Shown here piece after piece: positions 40,291-54,984 of a DNA stretch of 64,000 bases (position 1 is its first letter; each line of letters begins with the position of its first letter). A program made the position numbers and the translations under genes. The DNA is from Octopus vulgaris. Lineage: Eukaryota. The notes beneath the pieces are model-generated. The model saw only the letters and a list, made by a program, of their open reading frames with translations, was not told the origin of the DNA and made no database searches. The stretch is from contig OX597820.1 of NCBI GenBank assembly GCA_951406725.2, positions 122,574,001-122,638,000 on the forward strand, written 5' to 3'.

Positions 40291-41490
40291 CTACAATAGA
40301 AAGAAAACAGAAACACTAAGAACTACATGTACTGACTACGATTCTATGTTTGAAACCGGTTTCCCACCAGAGATCGGCGTCGAATAGTAACAAGTGAGGT
40401 TTTGTCTCCGGATAAAAGCAAATGGAAGGCAAACGCTCGAAACATGTCGGTCAGGTCAGATCAAGTAAGATGCAGGGCACTGTGTGCTGTTGCAGCGTGT
40501 CGAGGCATCTACCATTCGTTCGTATTCTTTTTTACTCCTAATGGCTGATACTTTTGCACTAATCAATCGACAATGTCCTCGCACAACCTAGCCTGCCCTC
40601 TGAGGCAATGTCCCCATCTGGTGGGCGGGTGACTGACGGCTGTTCCCCAATCATTTCATACGACTTGCGGTATAAGTAGTCGAAGTACTGCCCTAGAGTA
40701 CAGAACTTGCTGGGTCTGATTGGATGGTGAAGGTTTTTACGAGGTCGGACTGTAAAATCCTACCTCAAACTCTTTTAGTCACCTTTTACTTATACACAGA
40801 GGAAATGTTCAGTGTATTCTTTGATGTGCCGGTTCTTACGCAGCACATGCAGAACCAGAAGAATGACATACACCAACATCTACAGTTACTTACGACCTCA
40901 TTCTTTAAACCTCCCAGAAAGTGAAAACTGGAAGAAAATGATGGAGCCTCAAAAGCATAACAAAGCCAACATCCTGTAAAAACATCCCATTTAACAGTTC
41001 GGGAAAGGATCATCGTTGATATTACGTTAGTGCACAGCCCTTCCCATTTGCAAATGCATTTCACACCCCTATACCAACCACAACTCATAAATCAAACGCG
41101 GAGATTATGTTAGCTTTATCGACGAAAATATTGTCAGACTTACTTTCGTCATAAAAGAATTCTTAACTCTTCGACTCTCTGGAAATATTCAACACCAACT
41201 TATGCGACAACACAAAAATGACGGCCAACAGTATCTGACATGTCACCCAGCTTATGGACTTTACAAGAACAATAATGCCAGAACTTGTAATTTCCCGAAT
41301 TGAGCAACACAGCGAACAGTCCTGTCACCCGCTTTTTTGTCAGCCTATAGCGACACGTCCTCAACGCATGGGCATAGCGTCATATGCTGGTAACTTGATT
41401 CCCACATCACTTTACTGTTTCCCATGGTTACTGCTCCAACCCTACATAGATCACACACTTGCATACATATAGACATACATTTGTACATTA

Positions 41491-41878
41491 TCTCTCTATA
41501 TATAAACGGCAGTTTGTCTGTGCGTGTTTCTGTGTGTCTGTTTTCTCGTACCCTCACCCTGACCACGGCTTTCAACCGATTCTGATGAAACTTGACACAC
41601 ACATAGCCCAATGTCATAATTCAAAACTAACGCAGCGAAAATTTTGAAAAGTTAACCCCAGTTCTGAAAAAATCGATAAATTCGACATGGGGTCGAGAAT
41701 CAAAAAAAAAACAAACCACAGACTGTCTAGGGGACGCAACTCAACCTTTTTTACTCTAAAAAAAAAATTTACCATAATTTTTTTTCCATTTTTTTGCTAT
41801 TTTTTGGCTATAACTCTCTAAAAATGCTTTATAGTTATTTCCCTTACAAACCTGAGCAACGCCGGGCGATACTGCTAG
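41491..41878 (+). mobile_element. Non-autonomous Helitron-like element
   Basis: 5' TCTCTCTATATATAAACGGCA, subterminal hairpin CCTGAGCAACGCCGGG, 3' CTAG, inserted between A and T with no TSD. Confidence 0.85.
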
Positions 41879-41900
41879 TATATATATATAATATATATAT

Positions 41901-42001
41901 GGTTAGGGCAGCGGACTCACGGTTTCGATTCCCAGACCGGGCGTTGTGAGTGTTTATTGAGCGAAAACACCTAGCAACATCTGATAGCCTCGTTGGTCAC
42001 G

Positions 42002-42005
<4 letters not shown>
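41901..42005 (+). mobile_element. Internally deleted SINE, family D
   Basis: Head and tail both match 54231-54534, with the middle missing. Confidence 0.8.
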
Positions 42006-42043
<38 letters not shown>

Positions 42044-42134
42044 CTGTGTGTGTGTGTGTGTGTTGAAGCAAACAGGAAAAACAGAACTCACAATATGGGT
42101 ACACATATTTTTATTATTATTATTATTATTGAAT

Positions 42135-42269
42135 TATTTAGTAGAAGCAAGAGAGTGACTCAGGATCCGAGAGTCTCATGCATTGGCACTTATCAAACTG
42201 ATCAAGTTTGATAAATGCCAACGAACGAAGCTCTCAGACACTGAGTCACTCTGCTGCTTCGGCTAAATA
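42135..42269. repeat. Imperfect 135-bp foldback
   Basis: AGAGTGACTCAG/CTGAGTCACTCT, TTGGCACTTATCAAACT/AGTTTGATAAATGCCAA, loop GATCA. Confidence 0.85.
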
Positions 42270-42288
42270 TTACTACACATACACACAC

Positions 42289-42340
<52 letters not shown>

Positions 42341-43794
42341 GGCCCCACATCAAGGGACTAAAAACAACATTTACCAAGTGATTACCTCCTTTTTACCAGC
42401 TACATTAAAGAACATCAGTATAAGTAAACGAAGCCCAGACATCCTCAGAGCAACTACAGGCGCCATATTTAGCTCACCGAAAGGAACAAGAATGATTAAC
42501 AAAAACGCATTCGAGCTCTGTCTGCTCACCCCCGTCTCCACATAAAACCACAAAAATTCTTCTATGAAGCAAAAATAGTACCCTGTACATCATGTTAGAT
42601 TGTATACAGACGACGCACAGGGATTCCCTACAGGGCGTAATATAATTACTTAAAATGAAACAAACAGCTTGATACATAAAGAGTATAATATATTGGCGCA
42701 GCAAGTTTTGGCCCAACAGTCTGGGCAATTACATGAAAACCACTTTGAAATACCCACATACACGTACAATACACAAGAAAACTTCTTCAACAATAGTCTA
42801 CAACCACTCTTTCTCTCCCACCCAGTTGAAACGAAGCTTAGAAACATCTACCCACATTAAAAACTGTCTAATGTATTGGCATAGTGTCAGAAACTGTATA
42901 ATGAGGATAGACGACGCTGACCAATTCTATTTTCTGTGTCTTTGTTGAATCCACCGTTTCCCCCCACCTTACCCGTAGAATTCATTACAACAAATCATAA
43001 AAGATGGTACAACTGGGGACTTCTAGATCACTCTTCACCATTTGATTGAGTGTCAAAAGATCTCTGAATCAGGGCTGACTTGGGACTATACAACAACAAT
43101 ATGACAACAAGAACCTTTCTATGTGATCGGAGAATTCGGCAGAAATAGCAGCCAAGATTTCCTCCTTCAGTCACACACAACTATCATATAGAAGTTGCAC
43201 ACATTAATTAAAGTAGTTCAAGATAGACTATGCCTGAATAAACGATGCCAGCCATCGTCCTATACTACCACTCCGTCACACACTGTCACTCATAACTGTC
43301 GTCTTTAACACCCTGTGCCATGCGGCACCACCATTTGTGCCAACTACTTCCACTAACGGCCACTCACTGTCACCTATGTTAGCAGAAATGCTAACAGAAT
43401 TAATTTCTAACACAGGCACAAACGAAGAGAGAGAGAAGTGAGCCTCAGCGTTTGGTGGTTTCTTTTATATACTGAGCCAGGCAAAGGTGCAGCTTGATGA
43501 ATATGACCTTCGTCTATTATTGATAGAAAGCATCTAAAACTGATTGGCAACGACTGAAAAAATACAAGAGTAGTATTAACCATGTAGTATTCTGGTGCGT
43601 GCCCACCAAGTAATGCAGACGGGTATAGTCAAATAGGTTTTCGCCTTCATCTCACCAATTGTACCAACATTAGAAATTATAACAACCAGGGAAAGACATA
43701 GAATAATAGAACCAGCCGAGCAGCGAATTTAGTAACTTGTAGAGCTAACGTTCAGATTCTGTGTTCAAATTTCTATCGAATAAAGATCAGGCGT

Positions 43795-44133
43795 GAAGGT
43801 GCATGACTCAGTGGTTAGAGCGTCAAGCTTACGATCGTGAGGTTGTGAGCTCGAATCCCGGACCGGGCTGTGCGTTGTGTTCTTGAGCAAGACACTTTAT
43901 TTCACGTTGCTCTAGTTCACTCAGCTGTAAGAAATGAGTTGCGAAGTCACAGGTGCCAAGCTGTATCGGCCCCTTTGCCTTTCCCTTGGATAACACAGGT
44001 GGCGTGGAGAAGGGAGGCCGGTATGCATGGGCGACCGCTGGTCTTCCATAAACAACATTGCCCAGACTTGTGCCTAGGAGGGTAACTTTCTAGGTGCAAT
44101 CGCATGGTCTGTGCCATGACCGAAGGGGGTCTC
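43795..44133 (+). mobile_element. SINE family C
   Basis: Matches 20948-21285. Confidence 0.92.
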
Positions 44134-44189
44134 AAAGATCAGGCAATCATCAGTATCGAACACATTGATCTGGAATGTCGTCTGGCGAT

Positions 44190-44620
44190 CATCAATCGTT
44201 AGCAACCTGGCAATGTGGCCGGCGGAGACTTGGCGTTATCAACATAGAGAAGACTAGTAACGAGACGACGTTCTCTGGGAAGTGGGCTTCGAACAGAATG
44301 CCTCCCGCTGATCTGTTACGGAGGACATGAGGGCCGGCAGCGACTTTGGACAATTTTCAGAAATCTTTGCTCTGACAGTGCTACTAAGGGTCACTACTGA
44401 TTAGTCAACCTTTACAGGTAAAGCAGAACTTGTAGTGTTTGTCCAAGATGCGCGCAGAGCGACGAAACCATTCGGCAGATACTCGTTCAATGTCCGATTA
44501 TTGCTGTTGTAATCGACGTTGATTATATTCAACATGTCCAAAAGGCGGATCTCCAAAACTACGTTGGATGTAAATGGCTGTGTATTCCATAGAGCACCAA
44601 TGGGAATCCTCTTGAAAAGT
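44190..44620 (+). mobile_element. L1/Tx1-like ORF2 C-terminal fragment
   Basis: CPRCAQSDETIRQILVQCP, a decayed zinc-knuckle motif. Confidence 0.55.
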
Positions 44621-45275
44621 CAATGTGACACCATTTCAACTATCGATGGAGTACATTTAAGGAGACGCTTTCTACATCCTTTCTGACAATCCAATTTCAA
44701 CTGTATCGATCTGAGGCCAAGACAAAAGACAATCTCTCAAAGGATCGCTCTGCCGATGATGAAGGGATGAAACTTCGATCGTCCTACACCATTGCATTAA
44801 ACTTTTTGTACTTAACCATAAATATGCTGGTTTCTTTTGGTTGGACTAAACGACTCTACTTTAGGAGGACGGAATGAAAACAGGCCGGAGTTTCATCCTG
44901 TCTAGTAGGTGCATGGCAGAATCTATGACACTTTCAGCCATTAATGAGGTAACAGTTGATAATGCAGCGAGAAGGCATTGTGAGGTGTGTGTGTGTGTGT
45001 GTTGTGAAATAAACGTGCTTCTAGAGATGATAACGCAAGAATTAATTGAAGGAATCAGTTCAAATGCTAAAGTACCTACTTGGAAAATTGATAGCCTTAG
45101 TGGTGGGAAGGAGGAGGAGATGGAGGAGGGAGAGTACGTGGTGCTAGAGGAAGAGGAGTTGGAAGTGTTGCTGGAAACAGTGGTGTTGAGTGATGTCTAA
45201 TTTTTTGTCTCCTCAGCTAATGTATAGACGAAGGCATACGCACGTGTACATACATACACGAGCACACACATATGC

Positions 45276-45310
<35 letters not shown>

Positions 45311-45324
45311 TGGATACACATACA

Positions 45325-45383
<59 letters not shown>

Positions 45384-45425
45384 ATACACATACATTCATA
45401 TATATATATATATATATATATGGAT

Positions 45426-45469
<44 letters not shown>

Positions 45470-45803
45470 GCATACATACACACACATGAATATACACACA
45501 CACTTATACATATATATATATATATGCGAATTAGATATTAGTCATATGTATATATATATAAATAAATAAATAAATAAATAATAAATAATATAAATAAAAA
45601 TAAAAATTAAAATTAAAATATATATATAAAAATTTATAAATATAAAAATAAATTAATAATTTTAAATTTTTAACTTTAAATTTAAATAATTTAAATTTTA
45701 AATTTTGTATTTTATATATTTTGTATATTATATTAAATATTTTTATTTCTGTTTTGGCTTACTTTTTCACTGATTGATTTGCCTAATAGTGGTTTTATCT
45801 CTA

Positions 45804-45861
<58 letters not shown>

Positions 45862-46487
45862 GCGTGTGTGTGTGAAAAGCTGAAATACTTATAAATTAGA
45901 ATAAAAATAAATGATGAAATTTAGTTGGAAATGTAAGAGAAAGCTTTAAGGCATTTTATAACAGCATCGTCTTTGTAGACTGGGTGGGACATGTGGAGGT
46001 TATTGGTTGAAACCGCAGAGAATAGAGTCCATGACATACGTAAGGATGTCTGCAGCTGTCTGAAGAAGATAAAATAGACAGAAAACAAAAAGGCGATAAA
46101 TGTATAAAGAATAAGAGAGAGAGAGAAAGGGAAAAACAAAGTTGGCAAAATGTTAAGAAATCAGATGTTTGAAGAATAGTAATTGAACATTTATATTTGC
46201 CAATGGCCAATATTTGTGGTAAGTTGAGACTGCCGTAACTTCCACCTGTAATATCTTCTCGTTATTGAAATTTCTCCCTGTTCAGCATATTTCTAGCTGT
46301 TGAGAAACAAACTGTGGACAATGGCTCTTGTGGATACATGTGACCAACGGGAGTGGTTTGTTGCACTTCTGCTGGTGGGAATTATTAGAGATTGCCACTC
46401 TGGTAGGAACAAGTATCGTAAGTGACTGCATTGATAAAGTACCGGTACATACATACATACATACATTATATATATATATATCGTTAG

Positions 46488-46655
46488 CCACTACGCACAT
46501 TTTTTCTCTCCTTGTTTTCTTTTATGTCCCTTTCTGTAGAAGAGCGTAGGCTCGAAACGTAAAAGACTTTTTCTGTTCCTGAGCGTTATACTAATACATC
46601 TGTTTGTTTTGTACACCACCTGTCTTCGTCTTTTGTTTTTTTCGTAAACTCTCCC
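46488..46655 (+). mobile_element. Second copy of the 32644 repeat, HHR-like fold at 46530-46565
   Basis: Same CTGTAGAAGAGCGTAGGCTCGAAACGTAAAAG motif. Confidence 0.65.
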
Positions 46656-46659
46656 TATC

Positions 46660-47510
46660 CTTGGGGCATTAATTGAAGAAAATCCTGCATTATCAGTTGA
46701 AGAATTGGCAATAAAGTTTAGTTCAAACCATACAACTGTTCATCGTCATTTTCAACAACTTGGGAAGGTTCCTAAACTTGGAAAATGGGTGCCTTGTGAA
46801 TTGTCCGAAAGCAACCGCAAATCCCAAATTGACATCTGCTCTTCTCTCCATTCTCGCGAACTTATTTAATCCTTTTTGGACGGACTTGTGACTAGTGACG
46901 AAAAATGGATCTTCTATCGAAATGTTAAACTTCGTAAACAGTGGTTTAGTAAAAGGGAAAAAGCTCAACCACAACCGAGAAGGGAACTTCATGGAAAAAG
47001 GTCCTCTCTATCTAGTGGGATTGCAAAGGAGTAATTCACTTTGAATTGTTACCACCTAATGCAACAATCAATGCTTTGAACCAAGCTTTGAAGAAAAAGG
47101 GACCCGCTTTAGTGAATCGAAAAGGAGTGATGTTTCATTAAGACAATGCGCTACCCCACACTGCAAAGATCACATCACAGAAAATCGAAGAGCTTGGGTG
47201 GAAAAAAATTCCTCATCCACCTTATTCTTCCGACCTTGATCCTTCAGACAGCCATTTGTTTCGTAGTTTACAGAATCATTTGGGGGACATAATTTTCGCA
47301 AGCCAGGAGGGGGACGAAACTGACATTTCAGAGTTCTTCGCTTTGAAACCAAAAGGGTTTTACATTGATGAGATTAAAAAGCTTGTAAATAGATGGAAGG
47401 AAGTCATAGATAATCAGGGAAAGTACATTGATGACTAAATTTCAATCAAATATTTGATCACTTGTTTTCTTTATTCAAAATTCGGACAGAACTTATGGGA
47501 TGACCTGATA
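46660..47510 (+). mobile_element. Mariner transposon, 5' truncated transposase pseudogene
   Basis: GKWVPCELS (WVPHEL-like), VTSDEKW, DNALPH, HPPYSSDLDPSDSHLF (YSPDL-like), ends GKYIDD; 3' TIR CGGACAGAACTTATGGGATGACCTGA followed by TA. Confidence 0.93.
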
Positions 47511-47558
47511 GATTAATACAATCATTTTTTTAACGTTTTGTTAATATCCTCGTATATA

Positions 47559-47775
47559 AGGCGGTGAGCTGGGAGAAACGTTAGCACGCCGGGCGAAATG
47601 CTTAGAGGTGTTTCGTCTGTCGCTACGTTCTGAATTCAAATTCCGCCGAGGTCGACTTTGCCTTTCACCCTTTCGGTGTCGATAAATTAAGTACCATCTG
47701 CGCACTGGAGCCGATCTAATCGACTGGCCCGGTTTCCTCAAAATTTCGGGCCTTGTGCCTAGAGTAGAAAGGAAC
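47559..47775 (+). mobile_element. SINE family A with an alternative tail
   Basis: Same head and core as 27465; TSD ATCCTYGTATATA at 47546-47558 and 47776-47788. Confidence 0.9.
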
Positions 47776-49434
47776 ATCCTTGTATATATTTCTTTTAATA
47801 TCATTGATTATGCATTATAGCATAATATCACGGCAAGTTTAATATTACTCCCAAAGTTCAAACCTTAACAGTGCTGGGCTGGTCATTGATTTGTTGAAAG
47901 AATATTCTATGGATTGTTTGAAACTGTTGTCAGAATCGGTAGAGTATCGAAAGTTATGCCTTGCTGTATTTAGTTACAGCTACTTTGTCTTTCAACCGTT
48001 TGAGCTGATGAAATAATTGCAATCAACTCCCGGATTTGCTGAAATCCATTCCAAGTTTCAATGCTGTGACTTGTGGTGAAGTTTAAAAATATTATTATTT
48101 GTTATTATTGGTGAGTAACGGACAATATTTCAGCTTCTGAAAATTCATGAGTTTAACATAGGTTTCTTATTCGGTATTTTAGTTATACCGCTAAAGCATT
48201 CGGGAAAGCCTCAAAGCTGCAACACTGAGTCTTAACAATGAATGGCACATCGAAGTTGTAGGGTTTACTTTTGAATCGTGTAATCGATCAAACATGTATC
48301 GATAATTAATTGAGCTGAGAACTGATGAATGACGCGATTGAGTACTGCCAGCCACCCGCTGTCTGGGATTAGCAACTTGGGCTAGAAAGTACCTTTAATC
48401 AAGACACACAACTCACAAATGGCCGTCTCACTTTGAGATAATTTCCTACTGCACACAGCGCTGTAGGATGGATATTCTTCTGATTTATCCAGTGGAGTAT
48501 TTGAATCCCATTTGAGGAACATTATAGAAAGTGAAGATAAATATGGGTCCAATAGAACCTCGAGATACTGAGAAAATTCCCTGCCAACTCGACTGAACTT
48601 ATCCCATTTGTTTCCCCTTGCAACTAAGAAACAAACCTCTATATAATAGATTGCTGATTGTAAAGTGTTTGTGACGGCACACGTGGCCTACTGGTTAAGG
48701 TGACGACCAGGAGATCGTGGTTTCAATTCCCGGCTGTGCATTGTGGTCTCTTGAGCAAAACACTTCATTTCACGTTGCATACAAGGGTGAGAAGGTGACT
48801 CAGGAAAAGCCCGAACTGAGGTTTCCGATCTACGTTTTCTATCCAGCAAACTCATGCTGTGAATCGCTTCTGCTTGGGATTGGCTGTTCAGCCATGTCGA
48901 AAGGTTCCTGCTTATAAAGAGTTAAATAGGCTTAATACTTGCGATCATATTGATGTTTACAATAAACGTTTTTTAATCAACCGCCTAAATCTACACGTAT
49001 AGATTGCTTACAAGATAAATCCTGACTCAAAACTGCTCTCACTTTCACAGACACATACTCCCTCTTCCCCTCTTCTCCTCTCGTTCTGAGCTGGATAACT
49101 TGCTGAACCGTTGAGTGAAAACTTAGCTAATTAATGAAATATTATCTCTCCACAAAAGGTTGTCCAAAGGATTAGAAACGGCAATCACTCAAAATCTGGA
49201 AACAAAGCTGTAATTACATTAATCAAGGGATTGAGTCAAGTTACATGAACATCTGTAAATTTAGGGGCTACCCCCACCACCAAAAGAAAAAAAAAAGGAA
49301 ACTAAAATATCTAGCAAAAGAAAAAAAAGACAGAAAATTGTAGGTAATTATATGTATTTGTAACATAAATTGGTAGAAACTATATTTGAATTATTTGATG
49401 GAGGGCATCTGTGTATAAGATGTGTGTAAGTGTG

Positions 49435-49972
49435 TGTCAGCGTTTGTGCCCACGCATTGCTTGACAACCGGTGTTGGTATGTTTGCGTCCCCATAACTTA
49501 GCGGGTCGGCAAAAGAACCCGATTGAATAAGTACTAGGCTTTAAAAAATAAGTCCTGGGGTCGATTTATTCGGCTAAAATCCTTCAAGGCGGTTTCCCAA
49601 CCACGGCTGCAGTCAAATGACTGAAACAAGTAAAAAGATATTTTACACACACACAAGGAAGAAGAAACCCCTTCGGTCATGAATGACCATGGGATTGCAC
49701 CTAGAAAACTCCCCTCCGAGGCGCAAGTCGGGGCAGGGTTTATTTATGGAAGAGTAGTCGGCACCCATGCATACCAGCCTCCTCTCTCCACGCCACCGAT
49801 GTTATCCAAGTGAGAGGCAAAGGTCGATATTGCTTGGCACCAGAGACATTGCAACTCATTTCTACATCTGAGTGAACTGGAGCAATGTGAAATAAAGTGT
49901 CTTGCCCAAGAACACAACACACAGCCCGGTTCGAGAATCGAACTCACTACCTCATGATTGTGAGCTCGACAC
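49435..49972. mobile_element. Tail-to-tail SINEs: family B 3' half (+, to 49637) and family C (-, 49665-49972)
   Basis: Similarity to the other copies in the window. Confidence 0.88.
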
Positions 49973-50605
49973 TTTACACACACACACACGTGTATGTGTA
50001 CATATGTACATACAAATGTGTGTGTGTGTGTGTTAATCTAAATACTAAGATTAACATTATTCAAGCAAGAACGAAACCTATACATTAAAATGTAGCGCAC
50101 TTTCACATTAAACCCAGCGTTCCACTATTTAAATGATTATGACGATAGCTTGCTTTGCAATCCATTCATGCAACAGATAGTCCTCTTACAAAATCAGGTA
50201 TTTGAAATAGTAGTAAAAGGATCCTTGATTCTATCCAGTCTGAGATTAAGGAACATTTGATATGAGTTTTTGGGTGAATACACAGGAAGCTAGAAGCGAG
50301 TTTAATAATTTAGATAATCTATTTATATTATTAGATTATCTATTTATATTATTAGTATACATCGCAACTCATTTCTACAGCTGAGTGAACTGGAGCAATG
50401 TGAAATAAAGTGTCTTGCTCAAGATCACAACACACAGCCCCGTTCGAGAATCGAACTCAATGTGTCAACTTAATGTGACAGTTTCGTAAGGGAATTACAT
50501 TTAGCCCTAGGAAACATCGACGTTTCCTGTCGGCTTTGACACATTTTCTACGTCCTTATATTTGCAAAGGGGAGGCAATCACCCCCGCCAGATGGGACTA
50601 AGCAG

Positions 50606-50649
50606 CTGAAGACATATGTTTCTGAGTGTATTGCTCGTCGTCAGTCCAG
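50606..50649 (-). ncRNA. Minimal type I hammerhead ribozyme, canonical core, GUC site, in pLTR fragment 50461-50665
   Basis: Minus strand reads CTGGA CTGACGA C-GAG-CAATACA-CTC-A GAAAC ATAT GTC TTCAG, with palindromic stem III ACATATGT. Confidence 0.85.
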
Positions 50650-51069
50650 GGTATCCAGTCTCGCTCGCTGAGATGACTGCAACCTCTTCGCAAATATATC
50701 CTATTTTCAGTAAAGTTTATTTACTGATCACCGAAATTCTAATAATATAAATAGATTTTATATAATTGAAGATTGCTATAAGTACAATTATATGAATGGA
50801 TTAGATACAACTTTAATGTATGCTCGAAGTGTAAGTAATATCGAAAATTTAGAAGTAGTTATTTAATAAGCTGAATCAGTCTGTTATTTTAATCAATTAC
50901 TGAATGGATATGAAAAAATTTTATCGTGCCTCTTTGACTCACATGAGCAACACCAGAAGCAACATATACATACATATATATTAACACACGAATTCACAAA
51001 GAATCTTGCAAACCAAATATAAAAACGAAACATTTATCCGATGACTCATGTCTCTCTCTCTCTCTCACG

Positions 51070-51104
<35 letters not shown>

Positions 51105-51980
51105 ATCTAATGTAGAATAAAATTTTTCGAAAAAAATTCTATCAATGGCCAGCATATTAAAAAATACCTTTTAAGGTTAAATTTATAAACAATTTATAAG
51201 TAAGGACGAAAGAAAAATGTCTAATGCCAAAATATGCCGAAAATAGACACAACGTCAATAACCATGTAAATTGTTATATATATATATATATATATACATA
51301 AATTGTTTATGTATATATATTTACAACTGGAAGTTTCGTTCTCTGATTCTGGCGTTACGTAGATTTTCGTGGCCCCTATTGTATTGCTGAATAATAACAC
51401 TTCTAGAGTTGGGGGTTAGGTAAACGTTGTTCTCTAATCATTCCTGATAACCCCGTAACATTTTACGTTGTTCCCCTAATTATTTTAATTTCATTTAGTT
51501 TTGTGGCTTTTCTGTTTGAACTATTGTTGGTGATCTTATCGCATGTGTGTGTATGTATGTGCGTGTACGTGTGTGTATGTGAGTATATGCGTGTGTGTAT
51601 GTGCGTATGTGTATGTGTGTGAGTGCATGCGTGTTCGTGTGAATGGATTATATATATATATATATTTGCGTGTGAATGTATATATGTATACGTGTGTATA
51701 TATATATATTATATGTGAATTTGAATATGTATTTACATACATTCATACATTTGTACACAGAGTCTTTAACTAGAAATTGAACGAATATTTAGAGCTGCTA
51801 GTTGGTCTCGAAACCTTTGTACAATCCGTTAGACGATCTCCAGAGAAAAGGATAAGTATGAAAGATAAGTCCCTAAAGGGAGTTGCTTCCTTATCCATGG
51901 AATTTATCGAGGAAAAGACAAAAAAAAAGTGATAAGATCCAAAGAACGAGATGCTCTGCCTTATACTTTTAAAAGGTTTC

Positions 51981-52396
51981 GGATCTTTTCGGTTTGAACG
52001 GCAGTTTTTAACATAATTTCTAGGTAACTAAAAAAATTTTAACTTCGTATACTGGTAGAATGTGTTTATAAAGCATCTTTTTCTCTTGGCTTTATTGAGA
52101 AAATTCTATAGTTTGTAAGATATTTGTTGTTATTTTTCTTCAATTTCTGCAATTTCAACCAATCACTGACGTATTTGAGGTAAAACAACATTCTGTGCCG
52201 TATGAATATGTCCCTCGTTTAAGAAACAGATTGGGTTTATTTACATTTGTGAAGAAAAAAAGATACCCTTCCCCCACCCCTAACCCTAACCTTAAAAGAG
52301 ATTGAAATGCAATAGATCGATTCTAGGGTCATAATTATGGGTGACAATTTCATATGACACCGCTAGAAAAAACTGCCGTTCAAACCGAAAAGATCC
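51981..52396. mobile_element. Second Merlin-like MITE copy, opposite orientation
   Basis: Same TIR; TSD AAGGTTTC at 51973-51980 and 52397-52404; internal CCCTAACCCTAACC. Confidence 0.93.
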
Positions 52397-53199
52397 AAGG
52401 TTTCTAGCCCTAACCAGCGCACAAAAATGCATGTTCCATTGACCTCAACAGGGCTTATGGAAGCGTGTACTTAATATTTAGTAGCGAGAATGAAGCAAGA
52501 AAAATTCAGAACTGGTAAACGTCTACCTAATCTCTAGTGTCTTGATCCATAGAAGAAATACAAAGATCATAATCAGAGATGCTGGTGCAGTTGCCGATAT
52601 TTGTAATGGTCCTCAACTCTAAGCAACAAAACGACTAAGTGGTGGACGCGGATTTGATAACATTATGGTCAGGATGAATCTATAAGGTTCCTTCAGCTCC
52701 AAATGATCAGGAGACTATCAGAGTTGTATCCCAATGGAGGAGTGAGCGGAGAGGAGTCCAAGTAAGCAGAGTGCATAGGGCAGGAAACACAGTTGATACA
52801 TGCGCAGTGGTGAATACGCATGCGTCAACTATGTGAACATCCTGGCTGCTGATGCTGCAATCACTTTTTGTAGAGCGCCACCAGTCGTAGGCTAGGATGA
52901 GAGTGAAAATGTCTCAGGCTCAGTGAAACTGAAATACCTTATAGTTCTTTTCACGCACTTCAGGATTGATATGAGTGTCCTAGAAGTAGTATCAAGTCCT
53001 TTATTTCACAAAAATTGGAAGATAGGAACAGGATAAGGATGGAAAACCGTAGGTGAAAGAAAAAAACCCCTCCAAACTAAAAGACAAACAGTATTTGCTT
53101 GTTTCCTACTATTTGTGCTCGACGACCTGGAAAGTATGAAATGCGCAGTCGCAGCGGTTATAAAGGTAATTCAATGCGACTGCTATAGCACAGGAATTT

Positions 53200-54230
<1,031 letters not shown>

Positions 54231-54531
54231 GTGGAGGCGCAATGGCCCAGTGGTTAGGGCAGCGGACTCGCGGTTGTAGGATCTCGGTTTCGATTCCCAG
54301 ACCGGGCGTTGTGAGTGTTTCTTGAGCGAAAACACCTTAAGATCTACGAGGCTCCGGCAGGGGGTGGTGGCGATCCCTGCTGTACTCTTTCGCCACATCT
54401 TTCTCCCACTCTTTCCTTCTGTTGGCCTGCTCGCTTAGCCAGCTGGGTGGCGTCATTTGAAGGTTAAAACAATGCGAAGCGCATTGTGACCAGCGATGTG
54501 TAGCGACATCTGATAGCCTGGTCGGTCACGG

Positions 54532-54534
<3 letters not shown>
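54231..54534 (+). mobile_element. tRNA-derived SINE, family D, tail type 1
   Basis: TGGCCCAGTGGTTAGGGC A box and GTTTCGATTCCC B box. Confidence 0.9.
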
Positions 54535-54564
<30 letters not shown>

Positions 54565-54567
<3 letters not shown>

Positions 54568-54973
54568 GTTATGTGGAAAATATTCCATCGATATTGCACA
54601 AATGATGTTAGCACCAATTTTAAAATTCATCCAACACTTGGCCCCCGTGCTATCCGCTCACTACAAAAATCGAACTCGGTACACATAGCAACATTACGTC
54701 ACAATTAATTTACCTCAACCGGTCCAGCTCTCTTTAATACAATACCAAAATACGTCAAAACGGAAACGGTTCCCATAAAATTCAAATGTTCACTGGACAA
54801 ATTCCTTCAAAGAATCTCGGACCAACCTCCTACACATGGATATTTCTCCAACTATTATAACTCTTTTGCTAGAGTGGGCTATGGTGCTACATATATGACT
54901 AAAAGACTTCACCTGGTGGTGCTATTAAGTTAGACATGGCCTGGGCCTCAACTGGCCGAAACCTACCAAAGTG
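54565..54973 (+). mobile_element. LINE 3' end, same family as 19516-20930
   Basis: Near-identical to the reverse complement of 19516-19785, plus the terminal GGTGGTGC...GGCCGAAACCTACCAAAG. Confidence 0.88.
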
Positions 54974-54984
54974 ATTATATATAT

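Noticed and set aside
40405-40455. GCTCGAAACATGTC hammerhead-like half
   Set aside because: No CUGANGA and no stem I
45921-46450. Possible minus-strand host exons
   Set aside because: No recognisable protein; the upstream piece looks like a decayed LINE endonuclease fragment
52277-52295. CCCTAA repeats as an interstitial telomere
   Set aside because: Only two to three units, internal to a MITE
52787-52835. 17-bp imperfect hairpin
   Set aside because: Too short for a pre-miRNA call and no supporting context
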